From Bacteroidales bacterium (GTDB taxonomy: Bacteria > Bacteroidota > Bacteroidia > Bacteroidales > UBA7960): a stretch of DNA of 64,000 nt. The position numbers and the translations under genes are program-made. Below are positions 42,084 through 51,215 of the stretch, piece by piece; position 1 is the stretch's first letter; each line of letters starts with the position of its first letter. The notes below the pieces were generated by a model that saw nothing but the letters and a program-made list of their open reading frames with translations, had not been told where the DNA came from and ran no database searches. The stretch is taken from assembly GCA_007125585.1 (NCBI GenBank), contig SLCY01000012.1:9627-73626 (forward strand). Direction: 5' to 3'.

Positions 42084-43328
42084 ATGGCAAAAGAGAAAAA
42101 AAAATGTGCGTTTTGCGGCCGGGACTCCGAAGATGTTGAGCTATTGATCTCAGGAATAGATGCACACATCTGCGAACGGTGTGTCGGCCAGGCCAAGTCG
42201 ATCGTTGACGAGGAAAAAGAGCTGGAGGAAAAGAAGAAGATACCCTCGTTCAAGCTTTTTAAGCCTGCTGAGATCAAGAACCATCTCGACCAGTATGTTA
42301 TTGGCCAGGAAGACGCGAAAAAGGTTTTGTCGGTTGCTGTTTACAATCATTACAAACGGATAAACTACGCTTCACCGAAGGATGATGATGTGGATGGTGT
42401 TGAACTGGAAAAATCCAATATAGTGATGGTTGGAGAAACAGGCACGGGGAAAACCCTCATGGCGCGAACCATTGCGAGGAAGATGAAGGTTCCTTTTTGT
42501 ATTGCTGACGCCACCGTGTTGACAGAGGCGGGTTATGTGGGAGAGGATGTGGAGAGCATACTGGTGCGTTTGCTGCAGGTGGCCGATTACAATGTATCTG
42601 CTGCGGAACGGGGAATCGTTTTTATCGATGAGCTGGATAAGATCGCAAGGAAATCGGATAACCCTTCAATCACCCGCGATGTTTCCGGTGAGGGTGTTCA
42701 GCAAGCGTTGTTAAAGCTGCTTGAAGGGGCCGTGGTCAATGTGCCGCCACAGGGCGGACGCAAGCACCCGGAACAGAAAATGATACAGGTCAATACCCAG
42801 AAGATATTGTTTATCTGCGGAGGAGCCTTCGATGGGATAGAAAAAAGGATCATGTCGCGGATGCAGGCCAACGCCATTGGATATGGTGCCAGCAAAAATG
42901 CCCGCATCGACAGGGACAATGTCCTGCAATACGTGGCACCACAGGATCTGAAAAGCTATGGGCTGATACCGGAGCTGGTAGGCCGCCTGCCGGTTTTGTC
43001 CTATCTTGACCCGCTTGACCGGGAGGCGTTGCGGCAAATATTGACAGAACCCAAAAACTCTCTTGTCAAACAATATACGAAGCTGTTTGAGATGGACAGC
43101 AGAAAGCTGGTTATCGATGACCCTGTCCTCGACTATATCGTAGACAAAGCCATTGAGTTTAAGCTGGGAGCCAGGGGGCTGCGTTCAATCTGTGAGGTCA
43201 TCATGCTGGATGCCATGTATGAAATACCCTCCTCAACAGATCATACCGAACACTTCCATATTACAATTGATTATGCCCGACGGCGACTGGAGAAATCGAA
43301 GATCGGACGGCTGAGAGCAGCCTCCTGA
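42084..43328 (+). CDS. clpX: ATP-dependent Clp protease ATP-binding subunit ClpX
   Basis: 414 aa. Zinc finger CAFCGR...CERC, Walker [19 protein letters not shown]. Confidence 0.96.
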   Translation: MAKEKKKCAFCGRDSEDVELLISGIDAHICERCVGQAKSIVDEEKELEEKKKIPSFKLFKPAEIKNHLDQYVIGQEDAKKVLSVAVYNHYKRINYASPKDDDVDGVELEKSNIVMVGETGTGKTLMARTIARKMKVPFCIADATVLTEAGYVGEDVESILVRLLQVADYNVSAAERGIVFIDELDKIARKSDNPSITRDVSGEGVQQALLKLLEGAVVNVPPQGGRKHPEQKMIQVNTQKILFICGGAFDGIEKRIMSRMQANAIGYGASKNARIDRDNVLQYVAPQDLKSYGLIPELVGRLPVLSYLDPLDREALRQILTEPKNSLVKQYTKLFEMDSRKLVIDDPVLDYIVDKAIEFKLGARGLRSICEVIMLDAMYEIPSSTDHTEHFHITIDYARRRLEKSKIGRLRAAS

Positions 43329-43354
43329 TCGTTCGATTTCCCGGAAAACTTTTA

Positions 43355-43500
43355 TAGACCCCTCCTGTAAAATCCAAGAGTATTTTGTTTTGTAAAATTC
43401 AAAATGTGAATGTACAGGAGGAGACGCTTCGCTTTCATCAATAATTCATTCATTCATTCGTCTGTGTGAAATATCGAACAAAAAATTTCGTGTATATTTT
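43355..43500 (+). repeat. intergenic composite repeat, copy 2
   Basis: CCTCCTGTA(43361-69)/TACAGGAGG(43413-21), GGAGACGCTTCGCTTTCA, (ATTC)x4 at 43444-43459, core CATTCGTCTGTGTGAAATATCGAACAAAAAATTTCGTGTATATTTT. Confidence 0.7.
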
Positions 43501-43532
43501 AGCGTTCATTAATCAGATGAGCGCTTTTTTTT
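43501..43532 (+). terminator. rho-independent terminator (clpX transcription unit)
   Basis: AGCGTTCAT / ATGAGCGCT stem (one G-U pair), 7-nt loop, T8 run. It ends 3 nt before the next ATG. Confidence 0.65.
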
Positions 43533-43535
43533 AAG

Positions 43536-44144
43536 ATGATGCATAGGACTTTCTGTTTCGGTTTGTTATTGATTCTGTTAGCCATTCTTCAATCTGCACA
43601 TGCGGGTGCGCAGGAAAGTGAGGACATGGAAGGGGTAACGGTTGCTGCACGCGTGACGGATGGTGACACCCTCATCATCATAGAGTTGGAGCCAGTGAAC
43701 ATACTGGCGCGCAGGGAGTTCAGGAACAGGTTTGCAGCTTATCGCTACGACAGGACCGTGCGCAATGTAAAAAAGGTTTATCCCTATGCCCGTCTGGCAG
43801 GGGCCATGTTCAGGGAATATAGCGAACAGCTTCTGGAGATGGATGGCGAAAGGGAGCGAAGGCAATTCATTCGGAATGCTGAAGAAGAATTGCTCGATGA
43901 GTTTGAGGACGAGCTGAAACGGCTTACCTTCTCACAGGGGTTGATACTCATAAAACTGATAGACAGGGAAACAAAACATACTTCATACCAGATAGTAAGG
44001 GAGTTCCGCGGGGTTTTTTCCGCAGTTTTCTGGCAGTCCTTCGGACGCCTTTTCGGATACAACCTTAAAACAGAATATGACCCTTTCGGCGAAGATCAAA
44101 GGATCGAAGAGATCGTTCAGCTGATCGAGGATGGCTTGCTGTAA
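43536..44144 (+). CDS. exported hypothetical protein, DUF4294-like
   Basis: 202 aa. Signal peptide MMHRTFCFGLLLILLAILQSAHA. KKVYPYARLA and LTFSQGLILIKLIDRETKHTSY match my recollection of DUF4294, unverified. Confidence 0.5.
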   Translation: MMHRTFCFGLLLILLAILQSAHAGAQESEDMEGVTVAARVTDGDTLIIIELEPVNILARREFRNRFAAYRYDRTVRNVKKVYPYARLAGAMFREYSEQLLEMDGERERRQFIRNAEEELLDEFEDELKRLTFSQGLILIKLIDRETKHTSYQIVREFRGVFSAVFWQSFGRLFGYNLKTEYDPFGEDQRIEEIVQLIEDGLL

Positions 44145-44148
44145 AGAA

Positions 44149-45573
44149 TCATTTGCCCCGCCCCTGCACGATGATCAGGACAGTGTATATCAGGATTTTA
44201 AAATCCACTGCCAGCGACATGTTTTCAAGGTATAGCAGGTCGTACCTCAGACGTTCTATCATCTCATCCACATTCTCTGCATAGCCGTACTTTACCTGCC
44301 CCCAGCTGGTTACGCCAGGTTTTATCTTTCGAAGCAGTTTATACTCCGGAGCCTTCTCAACAATCTTGTCAATATAGTATTGCCTTTCCGGCCGGGGCCC
44401 CACGAGTGACATATACCCGCGGAGGACATTATAGAATTGGGGGATCTCATCCAGCCTTACCTTGCGCATGAACTTCCCGAATGGTGTAATGCGGGGGTCA
44501 TCCTTGCACGAAAGCTGGGGGCCGTCCTTTTCCGCATCCACATACATCGACCTGAATTTATGCATCATGAAGGGTTTGCCATGCATGCCAATGCGTTCAT
44601 GTTTATAAAATACCGGGCCCCTGGATGTCAGCTTAACAATGATGGCAGTTACCAGGAACACAGGCGACAATAAAACCAGGCAGCATACGGAAATGACTAT
44701 ATCGATAAAACGTTTGATGGATTGCTGCCAGGCGGGGAGCAACCCGGACTGTATCTCAATGAGCGGCGTACCGAAAATAGAAGTCATCTTTACCGAACCC
44801 AGCAAAATATCATGCATTTCGGGAATGATCTTAACCACGACATCTGTCGAATAAAGATCGGTGAGTATGTGGCTGAGCTTTTTGTGTTCCCGCGACTCCA
44901 TGGCAATGATGACTTCTTCCACATTGTGTTCCTCAATGATCTCTTTAACCCGGTCAAAACTGCCCAGCCTGGGCAGGTGATCCTCCATGGGGTAATCATC
45001 ATGCTCGCTTACATTGACAAATCCGATCAGCTTATTGCCGGCTGACCTTTTTTGTGACTTCAACTCCTTAGTAATCTCTATGGCCCTTTTCTGGCTCCCT
45101 ACAATGATGGTGTTGAAGCCAATGACCCTGTTATGGATTCGCCGAATGATTCGCGTGGACAGGATAAAACGGAATGTGGCGGTAAAGAACAGGTGAAGGA
45201 CAAAATACAACACCAGCGACTGGTAATACCCTTTGCTGGCAGTCACTGCCTGATCAAGCAATATCACAAAATAGATCACCAGCACCCCGATCACGGAGAT
45301 GAAAATGGTCTGTCCAAACTGGCCGAGGCGGGAACGTCTGAAAATATTCTTGTAAGAGCCGCTCAGATAATATAACAACAACCAGAAAAAAGGGATGATG
45401 ATCAGGCCCAGCAACAGGTTTTCCTCAATGAAAAAATGGTCTTTGAACTTGTTGAGTGCAAAGCCATTGTTGGCGGTCAATATGTTAATGAAAAGGATCC
45501 ACGCCAAAGCGGCCGCCAGGAAATCAAGAACAATGAACTTTGTGATCTGGATCTTTTGTAGCCGTTTATCCAT
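44149..45573 (-). CDS. polyprenyl-phosphate sugar phosphotransferase (bacterial sugar transferase, WbaP/WcaJ-like)
   Basis: 474 aa. 4-5 N-terminal TMs. C-terminal domain DEIPQFYNVLRGYMSLVGPRPE...PGVTSWGQV. Confidence 0.85.
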   Translation of the reverse strand: MDKRLQKIQITKFIVLDFLAAALAWILFINILTANNGFALNKFKDHFFIEENLLLGLIIIPFFWLLLYYLSGSYKNIFRRSRLGQFGQTIFISVIGVLVIYFVILLDQAVTASKGYYQSLVLYFVLHLFFTATFRFILSTRIIRRIHNRVIGFNTIIVGSQKRAIEITKELKSQKRSAGNKLIGFVNVSEHDDYPMEDHLPRLGSFDRVKEIIEEHNVEEVIIAMESREHKKLSHILTDLYSTDVVVKIIPEMHDILLGSVKMTSIFGTPLIEIQSGLLPAWQQSIKRFIDIVISVCCLVLLSPVFLVTAIIVKLTSRGPVFYKHERIGMHGKPFMMHKFRSMYVDAEKDGPQLSCKDDPRITPFGKFMRKVRLDEIPQFYNVLRGYMSLVGPRPERQYYIDKIVEKAPEYKLLRKIKPGVTSWGQVKYGYAENVDEMIERLRYDLLYLENMSLAVDFKILIYTVLIIVQGRGK

Positions 45574-45761
45574 TAAGTTGAGTCATTTTACGGTATCCTG
45601 AAGCAGCATTTGCGGGGAGGGGGCGCATCTCTGCAAATTGTTAAAAAAAATAAAAAAAACAGGGAATTATAAAGAGATAACGACGCCTCCTGGTACATAT
45701 TGTATGACGTTTGGAAAGAAAATGCATATGAATGTGGAACGATGAAATGAGATGCCGGGGT

Positions 45762-46751
45762 TCATGTCAGCTTCTGCAAATTGTCTTCAATTTTTTCCAT
45801 GATTTGATAGGCCAGCTCCAGTGATGCATAGCCATCCTGAATACTGACAAGGGGCTCAGTATTGTTCACGATGGAATCGCAGAATGTTTCCAGTTCGGTT
45901 TTTATCGCATTGATGGATTTGATCTCCGGTTTTTCCACCCAGATCTGTTTCTGGTTCTTTTCGGGACCCAGGTCGATCACCATGGCCATGGGGTCAGGAC
46001 TGGCTATGACGTCTTTCATCCGGATGATCTGGGCTTCCTTCGACAAGAAGTCAACGGCAATATATCCTTCATGCTGAAAAAAACGAGTTTTTCGCATGTT
46101 TTTCATGGATATTCTGCTGGCGGTAAGGTTGGCAACACAGCCATTGTTGAACTCCACCCTGGCATTTCCAATGTCGGGGGTGTCGGAAACCACCGAAACC
46201 CCGCTGGCGGAAATCTTTTTTACGCCGGCGTTTACAACATTGAGCATGATGTCAATGTCATGTATCATCAGGTCAAGGATGACAGGCACATCTGTTCCCC
46301 TTGGATTAAACTGCCCGAGGCGGTGAGCTTCAATAAACATCGGATTGTTCAGATAGGGCTTTGCTGCAATAAAAGCAGGATTAAAACGCTCTACATGGCC
46401 TACCTGGACGTTTACACCTGCTTCCTCTGCCAGGTCGATTAGCTTCCGTGCTTCAAAAAGTGTTGTTGTCAGGGGCTTTTCAATGAAAACATGCCTGGCA
46501 TGCTTCAGTGCCTTTGAAGCACAATTAAAATGGGAAACAGTAGGTGTCACAATGTCGACGATCTCCGAAGCCTTGATGAGGGCATCTTCTGATCTGAAAC
46601 GATGAATGCCGAACGATTGTGCCACGGCCTTCGCCGTTTCAGGATCCGGGTCGTAAAAGCCCACCAGGTTGAAACGGTCGGATGCCAGAATGCATTTTAT
46701 ATGGATCTTTCCCAGGTGTCCCACGCCCAATACGCCGATTTTCTTAGCCAT
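45762..46751 (-). CDS. Gfo/Idh/MocA family NAD-dependent oxidoreductase
   Basis: 329 aa. Rossmann N-terminus KIGVLGVGHLGKIH, and EKPL motif (FIEKPLT). Confidence 0.85.
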   Translation of the reverse strand: MAKKIGVLGVGHLGKIHIKCILASDRFNLVGFYDPDPETAKAVAQSFGIHRFRSEDALIKASEIVDIVTPTVSHFNCASKALKHARHVFIEKPLTTTLFEARKLIDLAEEAGVNVQVGHVERFNPAFIAAKPYLNNPMFIEAHRLGQFNPRGTDVPVILDLMIHDIDIMLNVVNAGVKKISASGVSVVSDTPDIGNARVEFNNGCVANLTASRISMKNMRKTRFFQHEGYIAVDFLSKEAQIIRMKDVIASPDPMAMVIDLGPEKNQKQIWVEKPEIKSINAIKTELETFCDSIVNNTEPLVSIQDGYASLELAYQIMEKIEDNLQKLT

Positions 46752-46785
46752 TATAACTTCCTGTTGGTGGTTGATTCATTTTTCA

Positions 46786-46793
46786 CAAAAGTA
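46786..46793 (-). promoter_or_regulatory. candidate -7 box TACTTTTG for the oxidoreductase gene
   Basis: Plus strand CAAAAGTA, 35 nt upstream of the ATG at 46751. Confidence 0.4.
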
Positions 46794-46943
46794 TAATTTT
46801 TTGTGGTGCCTGAAATGTTTAATTTCGTAGTCTGATCAAAATCCATCTGCAATGTCCTCCCACTATGTTGTCCTCGTCAGCGATCTTTGCACGACTGGGT
46901 TTGGATTAACGGACAGGATCAGGGTACAAAATATTTCTGTGTT

Positions 46944-47597
46944 ATGACAAAAATGAACGATTCATACCGCCACAAGGGGCTTCGAAAGAAGCTTGTGGAG
47001 GAGGTCCGGTCCAAAGGCATCCGCGACGAGAATGTGTTGGCAGCCCTGGAGGCTGTACCCCGCCATTTCTTTTTGGATTCTTCTTTTCTGGAGATCGCTT
47101 ATCAGGACAAACCTTTTCCCATCGGTGCCGGCCAGACCATCAGTCAGCCGTACACGGTGGCCTATCAAACCGAATTGCTGAAAGTTGAAAAGGGGTTGAA
47201 AGTCCTGGAGGTGGGAACGGGTAGTGGCTATCAGGCCTGTATACTGGAAGAAATGGGGGCACGCGTCTTCAGCATAGAACGTCACCATTCATTGTATCGG
47301 AAAACAAAGCTGCTTCTGGCCGCCATGAACTACAGGGCCAAGCTGTTCTATGGCGACGGGTACAAGGGCTTGCCTGCCTATGCACCGTTCGACAGGATAT
47401 TGGTGACCGCGGCAGCACCTTTTGTCCCCGATGCATTCCTGGATCAGCTGAAGCCCGGAGGCATCCTTGTGATCCCTGTCGGAGTGGGCGACACCCAGGT
47501 AATGAAGCGTATCACCAAAGTTGATGAAGAGAATACGGAAGAGGAACGTTTCGGCTATTTCCGTTTTGTCCCTTTGCTCGGACATAAATCCCGCTGA
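46944..47597 (+). CDS. pcm: protein-L-isoaspartate O-methyltransferase
   Basis: Frame 46887 (TTG)..47597 trimmed to ATG 46944. GAGQTISQPYTVA, VLEVGTGSGYQA. Confidence 0.9.
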   Translation: MTKMNDSYRHKGLRKKLVEEVRSKGIRDENVLAALEAVPRHFFLDSSFLEIAYQDKPFPIGAGQTISQPYTVAYQTELLKVEKGLKVLEVGTGSGYQACILEEMGARVFSIERHHSLYRKTKLLLAAMNYRAKLFYGDGYKGLPAYAPFDRILVTAAAPFVPDAFLDQLKPGGILVIPVGVGDTQVMKRITKVDEENTEEERFGYFRFVPLLGHKSR

Positions 47598-47610
47598 TGG
47601 CATCATCAGA

Positions 47611-48864
47611 TCAGTCCCTGGCACTCCGGTCGAAGGCATCGCGCAAACCGTTGCCCAACAGCATAAAAGAGAGTACAAGCAACATGATGGCTATGCCTGG
47701 CAGAAAGGCCAGGTACCCTTTGTCAAGAATGATAAACCCGTAATGTTCCCTGATCATCGTGCCCCAGGAAGGCATGGGGGGCTGTACGCCAATACCGAGG
47801 AAGCTCAGCCCCGCTTCAATCAGGATGGCGGAGGCGAAATTTGCGGCAGAGATAACGATCACAGGCCCCATGATCACCGGCAATATATGTCGCCGGATAA
47901 TACGAAAGCTGCCAAGTCCCAGGGCCCTCGCTGACTCAACAAACTCCCTTTCCCTGACACTGATAACCTGGCCCCTGACCAGCCTGGCTACCTCTACCCA
48001 CATGGTAAGCCCCACTGCAACGAAGACCTGCCAGAAACCTTTGCCCAGGGCAAAAGTGATGGCAATGGCCAAGAGCAAGGTTGGGATGGACCATACGATA
48101 TTGATGAGCCATACGATCAGCTGATCCAGCCAACCCCTGAAAAACCCGGCCAGGCTGCCCAGTGTCATGCCGATGACCAGGGAGATAAACACCGCAATGA
48201 AGCCTACAGACAACGAAACACGTGTGCCGATCACAAGCTGGCTGACCATGTCCCTGCCAAAACGGTCTGTGCCCAGTAAAAAGATGCGCTCCCTGATATG
48301 TTCCTTTTCAACCTCTTGCTGCATTGCCGAAATACTTTGCCGATGGGTAACCCCGTAAATGTCGTCAAAGACAAGGCTGTCTGCAGCGAAGCGTTCAGGT
48401 TCCACCGCCGGGTCAATGGCGTACAATATGTCAGGCAATGAGAAAAATCCCTCCGGCCCGGGATATCCTGGCTGACCCGCATACGTCTCGTAATGCAGTT
48501 CCCCGTCCGCAAACCAATAATCCTGCACCGGGATCGTGGTGAATGGACTGGGGTTGCCACTTATCATCTTCTGAAAAAAGGATGGCGCAGAATAATCATG
48601 GTTCTTTCTCACGTAAAGCATCTCCATCCTGGTGCCAGGCACATGTCTGGATATTTCCAGTTGCTGATGGTTGGCAAAAGGGGTGGCGTCGGGGGTTACA
48701 AGATATCCAAGCAGGGCCAGGATGGTGGAGAACAATATCCAGGACAGCCCCGCCATGGCCGTGGGGATGCGACGGAAACGCCGCCAGGTGATCCTGCCGG
48801 GCGATGCTGCTGGAGTGGTGGGACGTCTGAAAAACACCATGCCGTCATATAACTTGATCGTCAA
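47611..48864 (-). CDS. ABC transporter permease, OppC/DppC-like, with long N-terminal extracytoplasmic segment
   Basis: 417 aa. The EAA-loop region ESARALGLGSFRIIRRHILP is typical of peptide/nickel-type permeases. No partner subunits in the window. Confidence 0.75.
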   Translation of the reverse strand: MTIKLYDGMVFFRRPTTPAASPGRITWRRFRRIPTAMAGLSWILFSTILALLGYLVTPDATPFANHQQLEISRHVPGTRMEMLYVRKNHDYSAPSFFQKMISGNPSPFTTIPVQDYWFADGELHYETYAGQPGYPGPEGFFSLPDILYAIDPAVEPERFAADSLVFDDIYGVTHRQSISAMQQEVEKEHIRERIFLLGTDRFGRDMVSQLVIGTRVSLSVGFIAVFISLVIGMTLGSLAGFFRGWLDQLIVWLINIVWSIPTLLLAIAITFALGKGFWQVFVAVGLTMWVEVARLVRGQVISVREREFVESARALGLGSFRIIRRHILPVIMGPVIVISAANFASAILIEAGLSFLGIGVQPPMPSWGTMIREHYGFIILDKGYLAFLPGIAIMLLVLSFMLLGNGLRDAFDRSARD

Positions 48865-49033
48865 CCTTTTGTTTGTTCTCTGCTATTGGAAGGCCGGGTT
48901 CAGGGTTGTCTCAGACCTTCAAAAAAACAAAAATAACAAACAATATGTTTGTCTGATGTGTTTTACCACATAAACATTGGTTAATGTACATTTCTCCTGT
49001 AAGAAAACACCACCATTTGGTGTGCTGACGGAA

Positions 49034-49122
49034 GAACGATGGAACGATAGAACGAAGCTTTTGGCTTTTGGCTGTTAGCTATTGGCTTTTAAACCATTAA
49101 ACCCTTAAACCTCTTTAACCTT
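49034..49122 (+). repeat. three abutting short-period tandem arrays (8-mer x3, 7-mer x4.7, 8-mer x4)
   Basis: GAACGATG GAACGATA GAACGAAG (49034-57); CTTTTGG CTTTTGG CTGTTAG CTATTGG CTTTT (49058-90); AAACCATT AAACCCTT AAACCTCT TTAACCTT (49091-122). Confidence 0.85.
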
Positions 49123-49224
49123 TTGACAAATGATAAACATAAATAAACAAGCAACGACCGGGTGAAAGACCTTGAGCGGTTTTTCATTCGTCTGTATGTA
49201 ATTTCACATGAAAAAAAAATCATG

Positions 49225-49232
49225 TACTTTTG
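49225..49232 (+). promoter_or_regulatory. TAnnTTTG -7 box (TACTTTTG) at the 3' end of repeat copy 3
   Basis: Exact consensus, 39 nt upstream of the ATG at 49271. Confidence 0.45.
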
Positions 49233-49270
49233 AAACACTAAATTTGCAATGCATAATTAAAACAGACTGT

Positions 49271-49825
49271 ATGATGAAATGTAACTGGCTGAGCAATATT
49301 TTACTGGCAATGGCTTTTCTTTTTGCCTTCAATGCCACTGCCGCTAACCCGGAAAAAGGCGTAAACTGGCTGACAATTGAAGAGGTCCAGGAGTTGTTGA
49401 AAGAGGAACCGCGGAAAATTTTTGTGGATATATATACCGACTGGTGTGGTTGGTGCCGGCGTATGACAAGGGAGACCTATGCGCATCCTGTGATCGCTGA
49501 TTACCTGAACACCCATTTTTATCCTGTCAAGTTAAATGCCGAGCAGGAGGATCCCATCACATTCCAGGGAACCATCTTTGAGAACGAGAACATAGGCCAG
49601 CGACGGGCCACACATAGCTTTGCGATTGCACTGCTCCAGGGCAGGATGAGTTATCCTTCCGTGGCTTTTTTCAATGAACAGTTACAACTTATGACTGCAA
49701 TACCCGGATTCAGGCCGCCGAAGCGCATGGAAGCGCTTCTGGCTTTCTTCAATACCGGGGCCTATCTGGAAGGCTATGATCTTGATGCTTTTATTGCAGA
49801 CTTTGAGGGGACGATTGAAGACTAG
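49271..49825 (+). CDS. exported thioredoxin-fold protein (WCGWC active site)
   Basis: Frame 49208..49825 trimmed to ATG 49271 (MMKCNWLSNILLAMAFLFAFNATAA, a signal peptide), because 49208-49270 lies in the non-coding repeat core. DIYTDWCGWCRRM. Confidence 0.75.
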   Translation: MMKCNWLSNILLAMAFLFAFNATAANPEKGVNWLTIEEVQELLKEEPRKIFVDIYTDWCGWCRRMTRETYAHPVIADYLNTHFYPVKLNAEQEDPITFQGTIFENENIGQRRATHSFAIALLQGRMSYPSVAFFNEQLQLMTAIPGFRPPKRMEALLAFFNTGAYLEGYDLDAFIADFEGTIED

Positions 49826-49913
49826 CTGTTGACGTGACAATGGTCTCCCCAGTCGAAAAGATATCGTCTGTTTTCCCGTAATCCATGGTTCCCTGTAACC
49901 TTGCAACGCCAAT

Positions 49914-51215
49914 ATGCCTTTTTCACCATTTAAAAAGCAGTTTGCTGACCCCTGGTCATGGCGTAAATCTGAATTTGTCCGAAGCATGTCTACCCTGGTT
50001 GGGGGCATGGGCATGGCACAGATCATCCCTTTGGTGCTCTCGCCGGTTATTGCACGTCTGTATTTCCCGGAAGACTATGCAGTGCTGGCCGCTTATACTT
50101 CAATCACCGTACTGCTGTCTATCGTGGCCACGGGCATGTACAGCAGCGCATTGATGATAGACAAATCAGAGGAGAAGGCTGTTAACACTGCCATGGCTGC
50201 CTTCATTGTGACCCTTGGCACGGCGCTCCTTTCGCTTTTTGCCGTCTTCTTTTTCCGGCATGCACTTGCCTCCCTCACCGGAAACCGGTATGTGCTTTTC
50301 TGGCTCTTTTTCCTGCCGTTCACGGTATTGTTTTCCGGCGGGACCCAGACCCTCATGGTTTGGAATAACCGCAAAAAACGTTACAGGCGCCTGGCCGGCA
50401 ATCGTATCATACAGGCGGTCACAGTGACGTCTGCCACACTGGCCCTGGGCTTTATGGGTTACCACCGCAGCGGGCTTTTGGTGAGCCTGCTGATGGCACA
50501 GGCACTGGCCTTCATGGTGTTGCTGATTCAAACATGGCGAAGCGAACGAGTGATCCTTCAGTCAATACGGCGGCCAGCCATCGCCCAATCTTTCCGTACC
50601 CATATCGATTTCCCGAAATACAATATGCCACAGGGCTTCCTCGACGGTTTCCGGGAAAGCAGCATCCTCATCATTCTGTCAAACTTTTTCGGGGCTGCAG
50701 CGCTTGGCTCATTCTCCTTTGCCATGTCAATACTGAATAAACCCCTCCAGCTTATCGGCCATCCGGTAAACCAGGTGTTTTACCAGCAAGCCGCCTCCAT
50801 CGACCGCGAAGGACAATCTTTTGCACCCCTTACCTTGAAAACACTGCTCATGCTGTTGGCCCTCTTTGTACCACTTTTAATTCTTTTTGTGGGGTGGGGC
50901 GAGAAAGTGTTTGCCTTCGCCTTTGGCCAAAACTGGATTGAAGCAGGACGGTTTGCCCAAATCCTGATCGTCTGGATGCTTTTCAGGTTCCTGAACTCCC
51001 CACTATCGAGCATTCCGCTGATCTACAACAAGCAGCGGGTGTTTTTTTATTTTGGTGCGGTAAATAACATCAGCCTCCCCCTGGCACTCTTTTTATGCGG
51101 CAGGGGAGGGCAGTCACCGGAAACAGGGCTCATCGCACTGACGATACTTGGCAGCCTCAACATGCTGGCACAAATGGTCTGGATCCTTAACCTCAGGAAG
51201 CACCACAGGAAATGA
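49914..51215 (+). CDS. oligosaccharide/polysaccharide flippase (Wzx, MOP superfamily)
   Basis: 433 aa, about 12 predicted TM segments. N-terminal ..GMAQIIPLVLSPVIARLYFPEDYAVLA is typical of Wzx. Confidence 0.75.
   Translation: MPFSPFKKQFADPWSWRKSEFVRSMSTLVGGMGMAQIIPLVLSPVIARLYFPEDYAVLAAYTSITVLLSIVATGMYSSALMIDKSEEKAVNTAMAAFIVTLGTALLSLFAVFFFRHALASLTGNRYVLFWLFFLPFTVLFSGGTQTLMVWNNRKKRYRRLAGNRIIQAVTVTSATLALGFMGYHRSGLLVSLLMAQALAFMVLLIQTWRSERVILQSIRRPAIAQSFRTHIDFPKYNMPQGFLDGFRESSILIILSNFFGAAALGSFSFAMSILNKPLQLIGHPVNQVFYQQAASIDREGQSFAPLTLKTLLMLLALFVPLLILFVGWGEKVFAFAFGQNWIEAGRFAQILIVWMLFRFLNSPLSSIPLIYNKQRVFFYFGAVNNISLPLALFLCGRGGQSPETGLIALTILGSLNMLAQMVWILNLRKHHRK

Larger units (their letters stand above)
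48985..49235 (+). repeat. intergenic composite repeat, copy 3 (expanded middle)
   Basis: Left module ATTTCTCCTGTAAGAAAACACCACCATTTGGTGTG (about 27/31 versus copy 1). Right core GTTTTTCATTCGTCTGTATGTAATTTCACATGAAAAAAAAATCATGTACTTTTG (about 46/54 versus copy 1). Confidence 0.75.
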
